The notes under the pieces were generated by a model. The model was not told the DNA's origin and ran no database searches. It was given only the letters and a program-made list of their open reading frames with translations. Shown one piece after another: positions 34,036 through 43,852 of a stretch of DNA of 64,000 nucleotides. Made by a program: the position numbers and the translations under genes. The DNA is from Calditrichia bacterium (GTDB lineage: Bacteria > Calditrichota > Calditrichia > JAJRVZ01), in contig CAWCNS010000005.1 in assembly GCA_963796965.1 (NCBI GenBank), forward strand, positions 1,088,001 through 1,152,000, in the 5' to 3' direction. The first letter of the stretch is position 1. The number at the start of each line of letters is the position of its first letter.

Positions 34036-37000
34036 TTAAAAAGACGTTTTCCAGCCAAGAGCTATCCGATATATACTGTTGCCTCTCTGGGTATGAAGAT
34101 AATTACTACCGACTGACCAGTTTTTGTTAATCCGATATTCCACCCCGATCTGATTTCCAGGACGCCAGGAAAGAGATGGTGTTGGCACGGTGCTACTCCC
34201 AAACATGCCCGTATACTCAACATATAAATTGCTGGTTAAATATTTTCCCAACGAAACCGATGCACTCTCGATACCGTTATTGAGTTTCATTGACTGAAGA
34301 TCAACCAGACTTCCACTTGTTCCGATCTCTACTTTATCTAATCCCGTTAATGCCTCTGCACCCCTGCCAATAGCAGATTCAACAGATGTACTAATTACCT
34401 GCTCACCCGCCCCGGCAAGATCCATTTGCCGCTGGCCAACACTGATCAGACTTAACACCTCCTGATCGCTCAGATTTGTGAGGTAGGTTCCATCTTTGTT
34501 TTTCACCTGTACTTCCCGGTTGAGTTTCTCCATTGTGCCGCTCAAAACGATCTCTACAATGTATTCACCGGTCATTTTCTCGGCACGGATATTGATATCA
34601 GGATTAATTACTTTGGGATCTGTAAAAGCAATGTTGCCATGGGAAATAATAAAATTTTGACCCCAGGAGCCATATCTTCCAGAGATTATTTCCATGTGAC
34701 CGGTAAGGTCCATGGTTGGGTCATTTACCTCCTGAATAGATCTGAAATTGCCCATTATTTCAAAATTAAAATTATTCCCCAGATCCATTTTTGAACTGCT
34801 AATAATAAAATTTCCGGGAATGATGAGATCCAAATTCCATGTAATTGGCTTGGCATCGATGGGCGTGGTACTGGATAAATATATATTTTTCTGCAACTTA
34901 GACACATCGACCAGATATTCACCCTCATCAATGGTAATTTCACCAGAAACATTTATTGTATCCCTACCCTCGACCTTCAAATCGTTTGTACTTATAACAA
35001 AATTTGTATTTTCAATAAAATAGTCCAGATAGATCTTATACGCATCAATAGAAAGGTTTATTTTCGGATGGGTGATATCATCTAAGGAAACATATCCTTC
35101 ACCATGGAGGCTCCCCTCTTTTATGGTTTCTCCTGTAAAAAGCCGAAAAAATCTTTTCACCACCCCATAGGCATCTTCCCAAAAGTCAGTATCTTTTCCC
35201 GCATAACCTGAGATGGAATGGATCTCCATCATCGAATTTTCGATGGTAGCATCAATTTGTAGTTCAGTGATAGGATTTCTTATTCGGGATAGAACGAGTT
35301 GACCATCCTGTAACCTAAAATATCCATCCGTGAGTGCTGGTTTGTCGGGGGTACCTGATAGTGTAAAAGCTGCTTCATAGGGCCCTTCGATCTTTTCAAC
35401 CTGGTCAAGAAAATTCCCCAGAAATGAGATTTGATTATCCCTGCTACTGACATGCAGCTGAAAAGGTAAACCGCTAAAGATTGAATCCGCATTGGTTAGA
35501 TCAAAATTGATTAATTGCCAGCCATTTGCCTCAAAATTGGTTTTGTTTAGATCAAAAGCCAAATGATCGATAGATAAAGAATCTTTGTTCAGGTGGCCAG
35601 AAAGATAAAGGCTATCGCTGTAAAATTTATCATAAGATAAATCTTTGGCCGTGAGAAGAAGTTTGCCTTCTGGATTAATAAGTGATCCTGCCAAAATTAG
35701 TTCTCCACTTAAGCCACCCTTTAGGGGGCGTGGTAAGCCAAACAAGGGCGCATAATTTTGCAAATATAGATCATTCCAGTAAATCTTCACATCAGCCAAA
35801 CTTTGATCGAGCAAATTATCTCCTATGCTGGAAGTGCTATCGCCCCATTCAATGGATAAATCACCATCAACTTCGAGCCAAGAGGGCCCATTTGACATTC
35901 TAAATTCGTCTATATAAAGTTTTTGCTTCTCATATTGAAAGATACATTCCACATCACCCACTGGTATCGCATTAACTACCAGTTCCTGTCCTTTAAGCTG
36001 CATATCCAATTCCAGATCATTAAAAGGATTTGCCATAATGAAATCTGCATCCAACTTACCATCAATTTGAAGGTCGTCCTTTAAGAACTGTCTAAAAGGG
36101 GCAAAACTAAAATCCTCAATGTAGAGTCCGAATTGCATATCATCATTTATCAGATCCCAATACCCTCTTATTTCAATAATGCCATCATTGGAGCCGAGAA
36201 AGCGCATATCTTCGATGCTATATTCCTGAGGGGTTATCCGAAAGAGTAACTGCTTCTGGTTTTCAAGCCAGGTATTTTCATAATTAAGTCGAAAAAAATC
36301 AAAAGCGATATCTAGTGTATCAAAGTTTACTCAATATAACCGGTGCTGGAAACATAATTTAGTTCATTGGCAAAGAGAAGGGTATCTATCTCAACCCGGT
36401 TACTATCAAACACAAAATTTGCCATGGTTTCAGTAATTTCCAGGCTGTCATAATACCAATGAGGTGAAAATAGCGATCCCGTACCCTGTCTTCTACTGGC
36501 CAGGCGATCGATATCGATCTGCATAAACATAGAGTCTAATGAAAAGTCATCTTTTTCAAGATGAGGAATCCATAAATATACTTCCAGGTTTGGATCGGAG
36601 AGTTGTCCGGTAAGAAAGAAATTACCATCAAACTGGCCATAAATAGTGGGTAAACCGGCAGAAGCTGTCAAAGTTTGCAAACTATTGTTTTCCGTAGACA
36701 ATTTAAAATCTACTTGCTCATCAGCAGACAATGTTCCTTCAACCTTAAATCGGGACCCACTACCCAGGCGCAAAAATGATGGTTCACGAATAGTAATATT
36801 ATGGTTTTTGGCATCTACAGCAAATTTAAGGGTATCAAATGTCATGGTATCCACGGACGAATTATACAAATTGATACGTCCCTTACCATCTGCCAGAATA
36901 TCTCTAAGTCTTTTTGTTTCGAGATAAAGTGAACCGGATAGATCGGTTTTAATGAGTGCCGTATCGATAATTGCTAGATTCAGATGTGAGAAACGGACAT

Positions 37001-38135
37001 CCAGATCATTTCGGTCTATTTCGATGTGCCCTTTGAGAGCTACTGTACTGGTATCGCGGACCAGCAGACTTTTACGAAGATTGATAGCACCAGCGTAATA
37101 ATCGCCATCAAAATTGAGTGAATCGAGACGGTAGTTGTTAAAATAACCTGAAGAATTCCACTGAGTTGAAAAACGGTTTGGTTGGCCAACCAGAACCATG
37201 GAGAGATAAATCTCACCCGAATCAGCCATATTTTCTTTACTAAAAACATTTATATCAGCAGCGGTTATATGACTTTCATCGATGCCCAGAATGATCCACA
37301 GGCTATCACCAAGGGTAACTTCTGCATGGGAGTAGAGCTGGGATTCGTTTGTCTGCACTTCCAGTCGATTCAACGTAATCCGTTCTTCTGTACCAATAAT
37401 CTGAACCCGTAGATATTTTAAATTGAAATCCCTGTTTTTTTCAACAGCCTGCAATTTATTAATTTCAATCCTCAAGGACTGATCCTTATGGTAAGCATTC
37501 ATATCAAGGACAATTTCATTAAAATCTGTTTCAATTGAACCTAAATATAATCTACCATGATCGATTCTAAAATCATCAACAGCCAACTCCGGCAAACTCT
37601 CAATAAAGTTTCTTAGCGGAATCGATGACGCCAAGCGATTCAGGGCCTCTACCAACGACTCTCCACTCTCTTCACTCTTCCCTCTTCGATTGAAATCATG
37701 GATGATTTCATCCCGATTTGTCGATAGGATATCGACGTCTTTATCGGGACCACCCTCTACCCTCAACCCTTCACTCTCTACAATATCCTTATCAACAGAT
37801 GCAACCGGAATGGCAACCAACAACGAATCAAATTCGACCATACCAAACACATATCGCCCGGCCAGGACATCGGTTACATTATAGTTTAATTTTAAGTGAT
37901 TGGTATGAATATGCGTACCATTTTCGAGAGTAATATCCAGGTCACGGATAATGATGTTCTTGAATAGATCACCGGAAAGTGATTCGTATTCAAATTCGGC
38001 CACATCACCCAATTTATCTTTGAGAATTCTTAAGGTAAGATCGGAGACCACATTGGTCTGCCAGTGCAATACCACAAAAGTGGCTATTGCCAGCAGAATG
38101 ATGAGGGGTAATATGATAAGGATCTTTTTTAACAT
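34036..38135 (-). CDS. tamB: TamB/AsmA-like translocation and assembly module protein (frameshift near 36330)
   Basis: N-terminal TM anchor, long beta-taco-like repeats, C-terminal DUF490-like region (G.I.F..P..INPDINIRA; SLGKYLTSNLYVEY); frames join at ~36330. Confidence 0.82.
37658..37781. repeat. composite heptamer/palindrome element embedded in frame in tamB
   Basis: 7-mer arrays (actctcc/actcttc/cctcttc and accctct/accctca/acccttc/actctct) around tgaaatcat-gg-atgatttca and tcccgat..gtcgata-gga-tatcgac..atcggga. Confidence 0.7.
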
Positions 38136-38145
38136 GATAGTTCTG

Positions 38146-38173
38146 TCTCTCGCAGAGTCGCAGATACGCAGCG
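38146..38173. repeat. repeat arm, CGCAGAG family
   Basis: tctctcgcagagtcgcagatacgcagcg; 23/28 inverted match to the arm ending at 41714. Confidence 0.65.
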
Positions 38174-38802
38174 TTTAAGATTAAATATTAAGGATTATAG
38201 ATTACAGATAAAAAAAAGGAAAATGTAAAAAGGTAAAAGGAAAAAGGAAATTACCAATTACTAATTACTAATTTTTTTTAATCTTTATACTGCATTCTGC
38301 TTTTTTCTATGTATCGCCAGAATTTGAAATAACCTAAATCTATAAGTCATAATTAATTATATGCTTTACAAATATAAAGAGTTTCGGAAAGAGATATTAA
38401 ATAAAAGATCAACTTTCTTATTGAACTTTCATTTTAAATATGCGTATAATAAAATTATTATGACAAGGAAAAATGCCCTATATATTTTACCGGCCTCCTG
38501 ATACATCATGGTGTTTTTTTTAATTTTGTTGTGATATAGGACCTTGTTGTTTATATTGAATTATCAGCCCTAATATAAAACGGAACATCTTGTTAATACT
38601 GTCTTTTACCCGTTCGAATACGACACTTCCATACTAAGCACCTACTGTAAGAATTATACTTTATAACTTATTTTTGATCATATTGCTTTATCCAATATAT
38701 CTTAGATTTTCCGCGCCGCCTGCCTTTGGCGGGGAAAGGTCTTTACGTGAGTTTAAAAAACATATATTTGATACATAACTATTTCTCCAATAAGAGACCT
38801 GG

Positions 38803-41464
38803 ATGATTAGTAAAACTGTCCTGCATTACAACATTCTCGAAGTTCTCGGTGAAGGTGGCATGGGTATCGTTTACAAGGCCCGGGATCTAAATCTTGACCG
38901 CCTCGTCGCATTAAAATTCCTACCTATTTCTTTAACCTACGATGAAAAGATAACCCAACAATTTATTCATGAAGCACGTGCCGCTGCTCTGTTAGATCAT
39001 CCCAATATCTGCACCATTCATGAGTTTGAAAAAACGGATGACAATCAATTTGTTATTGTTATGGCGTTATTGCCAGGGCGAAACACTTATACAATTGCTT
39101 TCCCAAAATGGGCAATTGCCTGTCGAACAATTTCTTGACATAAATACCCAAATTGCCCGTGGTATAAGTCAGGCTCATAAGGCAGGCATTATTCACCGTG
39201 ATCTAAAGCCGTCAAATATTATTGTAAACCATGATGGTACTGTCAAAATCCTTGATTTCGGTCTGGCCGGATTAAAAGAAGATATCAATCGAAAGGAAAG
39301 ATTGACCTCATCCGGAACCACTGCTTATATGTCTCCAGAACAGGCCATCGGCAATGGCATTGACGAGCGTTCGGACATCTGGTCATTAGGCGTACTGATG
39401 TATGAAATGTTGTCCGGACAGAAGCCTTTTATTGGTGTGCATGAACAAAGTCAGATCTATTCAATTTTAAAAGAAGAACCTCCCACACTTTCTACACTCA
39501 GAGATGAACTTCCCGGAGGACTAGATGGAATTGTCTATAAATCTCTGCAAAAAGAACCCGATCAGCGCTATCAAAAGGTTGAAGAGGTGGTTGCCGAGTT
39601 GGAAAAGATCCGCGAGCGTGAATATCTGCATCACAAACTAACCAGGAAAAAATTAAATATACCCGTCTGGCAGATTGCTGGCATCGCTATTCTTTTCCTT
39701 TTTCTCGTAAGCACATACCTGTTCTTTCCATTCAGTGATCCCGCGGATTTGAAAATCAAGATCGCCATTCGTCCTTCTGAGATGAGGAATTCAAATCAGG
39801 ACAGGTACCTTAATGATCTGGTCATGCGGGAAATTAGATCCAAGCTTACAAAAATTAATAAGTTTTTTATAATTGATAACAGCGTGTGGAATGATTCTTC
39901 ACTTTCAAAGGCCCGTTTAACCGATCTCGGGAAATGGTTAAATATTGATTTTATTGTCGGGGTATCCACTGATAAATATAACTCTCATCTCAGTATTGCA
40001 GTTGATCTGGCTGATACCCAAACGGAGGCCCAGATCTGGGGCAACACATATTACCCGGACACCACTGAAATTTTTTCAACCTTGGGAGCGATCGCCGGAA
40101 AGATTGCCTCTGAATTGCATATAAAACTAACATCTTCTGAACAGATTCTTATTACTGAAAATGTAACCGAGAATGATTTAGCCTATAAGTATTATCTAAA
40201 GGGACATGAAAATTATATAGCAAACAAACTTCTCAACAATGAGGCCGCCATCCGCCAGTATAAAGAAGCAATAAAACTCGATCCTGATTATGCACTTCCT
40301 TACGTGGGCTTGGCCTATTCCTACTTCTTTCGTGTTATGGGATACGGCCAACCCCTTACCTGGTATGATTCTGCTTTTGTTATGGTGGAGAAAGCCCTAA
40401 ATATAGACCCGGCTTGTTCAGATGCCTACGTGGCCAGAGGTTATTTAAACCACCAGGATCTGTATAGGGGACCCGATTCCCTTCCCGCAGCCTTTGCAGA
40501 TTTTCAGCAGGCGATTGAATTTAATCCAGACAATTATATTGCCTATAGACGTATGGGTTGGCTAAAACGGGAAGTTGGGGAACTTAAGAAAGCCGAATCT
40601 TATCTCACCTATGCCTTGAAACTGAATCCTCTGGCAGATGATGTACATGGAGCGCTGGCCTGGACATATTATTTATTGGGAGATAAACAGAAGGCGGTTG
40701 CCCATTACGAAGAAGCCAGAAAGCTTGCACCCGGGAATTTTTACGACCAAATAGGTATCTATGTTCAGGAAGAAAAATATGAAAAAGCTATCTCACTTTA
40801 TGAAAAACGACTGCAGATGAAACCTGACCGGCAATGGTTTATGCATGATCTCGCCGTTATTTTAAAAAACGACGGTCACTACAGGCGATCTGTTAATCTA
40901 TTTAATAAAATTATCAGCCTTTATCCCCGATCCATTTGGCATTATATCGGCCTGGCAAATGCTTTTGCAGAAAAGGATCTCCTTGACAGCGCCAGCACTG
41001 TCTATAACAGGTATGAGACCGTGCTCGATACCTGCTCATCCTGTGCACCCTCTATCATGTTAAGTTTTAATTATTCTCTCATATTAAGTAAAAGAAATGA
41101 GACCAGCCGGGCAAGAAAAGTCCTCCACGAAACGATTAACAACCCGCGGACGAAATTCTATGCCTTTCATAATTCAATGCTGCAGATCATTGATTTTTAC
41201 GAGGGTAATATTGAAGCGGATTCGGTTGAACAAGTGATGACGAACGCATCAAAAAAATTGCAGCGGCAAAGCTATTTCATTTCCCACTATTATTATTTAG
41301 GTATGGCCTATTTGTATAATTTAAAACCAACTTATCAGCTCACGCCGGGTTACAGAGAAAGGGCCATCAACCATTTAAAGCGATATGAACAAGAGGCAGA
41401 TAAAGATGATGTGGAATTCTCTCTGGCCCGGGTTGAATTGAAGCGATTAGGTGTCAAATTATAG
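38803..41464 (+). CDS. Hanks-type Ser/Thr protein kinase with TM helix and TPR domain (frameshift near 39070)
   Basis: LGEGGMGIVY, VALKFL, HRDLKPSN, DFGLA, YMSPEQ, SDIWSLG; hydrophobic segment then TPR repeats. Confidence 0.92.
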
Positions 41465-41686
41465 CTGTCCTGAGTGGAAGGATGGGGATTACAAGGGGCA
41501 AGTTTGAAGTAATAAAGTAGATGTATCTGGTAATTCGTAATTAGGAATTTGTCTGCGAATCACACAGGTTTTAACGAAAATCACAAATTTAATACATCTG
41601 ATTCAAAATATAATTATTTCGTAAATAATTCGTGTCAAACTAGATAATTCGTGGACTGTTTTCTATTTTTCATTCTTATTAAAATT

Positions 41687-41714
41687 CTCTGCGTCTCCGC
41701 GCCTCTGCGTGAGA
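41687..41714. repeat. repeat arm, CGCAGAG family (inverted)
   Basis: ctctgcgtctccgcgcctctgcgtgaga. Confidence 0.65.
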
Positions 41715-41741
41715 ATAAAATGAAACGCTAAGCATAAAACA

Positions 41742-43262
41742 ATGAATCTTAACAACCAACTACAGGTCGCCAAAGCGGCCAACCGTATTGCCCACTTACT
41801 CAGCAAATCCTATGCTCTGGATTCTGCTATCGAAAATATTATGAAAGTGTTTGTTGAACTTGTTCAGGCAGATGAAGGGGCCATCCAGCTTTTAAAGCCA
41901 ACCAGTGAAAGCACACGTTGCACCCTCGTTCGGCAGGAAAACCATAGTTCCCATCTACTTGACAAACAGTTAGATAGTTTTCTCACCGGCTGTGTGCTAA
42001 AAAAGAATCGCCCGTTTCTGACTAATGATCTTAAAGGTTTACTTGAATTAAAAAAAAATCCTCAGCATTACACAACCATTCGCTCCGTGATCTCAGCCCC
42101 TGTTTCATCAAACCATAAGATAATTGGCGTGGTTAATCTGATCAGAAGCGGACAAAGCGAATTTTTTAATCAGAATGAATTAGATATTATTACTAATCTG
42201 GCTGATCAGATCGGTGATTTTTTTGATGCAGCAGAGTTACGTGAAAATCTGTTCAACCAAAACCTGCGCCTGCAAAAAAATCTGGAAGATCACTATTCCG
42301 TTCATGGCATCATTGGCAATAGTCCAAATTTTAAAGAGGTTTACCATGTATTAGAACAAGTGATTCCGACCAACGCCAGAGTGGTGATCCTTGGTGAAAG
42401 CGGAACGGGAAAAGAACTGATCGCCCGCTGTATCCATTACGCCGGTCCGCGTAAGGATCAGGCTTTTGTGGCCGTGGATTGTGGTGCCCTCCCCTCCAAT
42501 TTACTGGAAAGTGAATTGTTCGGCTATGTACGGGGTGCTTTTACAGGCGCCATACGTGATCGGCGCGGATTGATTGAAGAAGCCCATAATGGAACGCTTT
42601 TTCTGGATGAAATTACCAATATGAGTCCGGAAACTCAGGCAAAACTTCTCCGCTTTATACAGGAAGAAGAGATCCGGCCCATCGGTTCCAATCAACTCAA
42701 AAAAGTTGATGTTAGGATAATTGTCGCCGCTTCAGCAAATTTGAATGAGGAAATCTCGCCTGAGAAGATTCGCACCGATCTCTATTACCGCCTCAATGTC
42801 ATATCCATTAAGATACCACCTCTCCGTGAACGGGTTGAAGACATTCCGCCCTTAGCCAATACTTTTCTAAATCGATTTGCAAAAAAACATCAGAAGGGTT
42901 TGAGCCGCATTGGACCTGAGGCCATACAATGTTTGGAAAATTACGCCTGGCCGGGGAATATCCGTGAGTTGGAAAACTTGATTGAACGGGCAGTTGTAAT
43001 GGCTGATTATAAAGATAAAGTACTTAAAACGGAGCACCTCGCCTCAGAACTCAATGGCAGATATCCAGCCCGAGAAGTAGATCATCCTAATAACGACGGT
43101 GAATTAACCCATATGATCACGGAATTTGAGCGCAAAATATTGCTCGATACCCTTGTTGACCACAATTGGAACCAAACCGCTGCTGCTAATGCCTTAAAGA
43201 TATCCGAGGCGGTCATGCGATACAAAATAAAAAGGCTCAACATTAATAAACCCACCTATTAA
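41742..43262 (+). CDS. sigma54-dependent enhancer-binding protein (GAF-AAA+-Fis HTH)
   Basis: N-terminal GAF-like domain, GESGTGKE, ESELFGYVRGAFTGA, FLDEI, WPGNIRELEN, C-terminal NQTAAANAL HTH. Confidence 0.95.
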   Translation: MNLNNQLQVAKAANRIAHLLSKSYALDSAIENIMKVFVELVQADEGAIQLLKPTSESTRCTLVRQENHSSHLLDKQLDSFLTGCVLKKNRPFLTNDLKGLLELKKNPQHYTTIRSVISAPVSSNHKIIGVVNLIRSGQSEFFNQNELDIITNLADQIGDFFDAAELRENLFNQNLRLQKNLEDHYSVHGIIGNSPNFKEVYHVLEQVIPTNARVVILGESGTGKELIARCIHYAGPRKDQAFVAVDCGALPSNLLESELFGYVRGAFTGAIRDRRGLIEEAHNGTLFLDEITNMSPETQAKLLRFIQEEEIRPIGSNQLKKVDVRIIVAASANLNEEISPEKIRTDLYYRLNVISIKIPPLRERVEDIPPLANTFLNRFAKKHQKGLSRIGPEAIQCLENYAWPGNIRELENLIERAVVMADYKDKVLKTEHLASELNGRYPAREVDHPNNDGELTHMITEFERKILLDTLVDHNWNQTAAANALKISEAVMRYKIKRLNINKPTY

Positions 43263-43556
43263 AATTCTAAATCCTAATCTCTAAATTCTAAATAATCCCC
43301 AATCTCAAAGTTCAAATATCAAAACAGTATTTTAAACTAAGAAAATTCTAACGCAAAGGCGCCAAGCCGCAAAGAAATCTTTTATATTTTAATATGGACT
43401 CAACACCACAGATATATTCTATTAAACTCATCTCTTCTCAAACGGAGTTTTTCTACTTTTTAAATCTAATGCTTCTATGTAGAAAGATTCTTACAGAATG
43501 ACAAGTGAAGAATGAAATATTTGTGAAATTCGTATAAATTCGTGGAATTAGTGGAT
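43262..43556. repeat. intergenic repeat cluster (heptamer array, CGCAAAG arm, CACGAAT arm)
   Basis: aattcta/aatccta/atctcta 7-mers 43262-43320; acgcaaaggcgccaagccgcaaag 43351-43374; atttgtgaaattcgtataaattcgtggaattagtgg ~43519-43555. Confidence 0.65.
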
Positions 43557-43563
43557 TAATACG

Positions 43564-43599
43564 CGAAAAAAACTTCGTAATCTCCCGAAATAATCTTCG
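43564..43599. promoter_or_regulatory. putative enhancer (UAS) pair for the sigma54 activator
   Basis: Two dyads CGAA-N6-TTCG at 43564-43577 and 43586-43599, 22 bp apart, ~100-135 bp upstream of the -24 box. Confidence 0.6.
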
Positions 43600-43699
43600 A
43601 ATTTTCCTCCTCTCTCCTCTCTCTACTCCCTTCAGGAGAGTTCTCATAAGATATTGATATCTATAGATTTACAGATTAACCAACAGAACATCCCAAGTC

Positions 43700-43715
43700 T
43701 GGCACATGGATTGAA
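43700..43715 (+). promoter_or_regulatory. sigma54 (-24/-12) promoter
   Basis: TGGCAC-ATGGA-TTGAA vs consensus TGGCAC-N5-TTGCW, correct spacing; downstream of a bEBP gene. Confidence 0.75.
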
Positions 43716-43852
43716 TAAGAGCCTGTGTGGGCAGCAATGATGATCTGAAGCCGGACCCGAGCCAGAACGATAGATATAATCTGAATTGTATCTGATCCTC
43801 CTCCTCGATTTTGCCCTTGAAAATTTACAGGAACCTAAACAAGGAGGAAATC

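Noticed and set aside
43729..43750. caatgatga-tctga as a c-di-GMP-II riboswitch or box C/D motif
   Set aside because: Only a short match; the remaining conserved riboswitch elements could not be found
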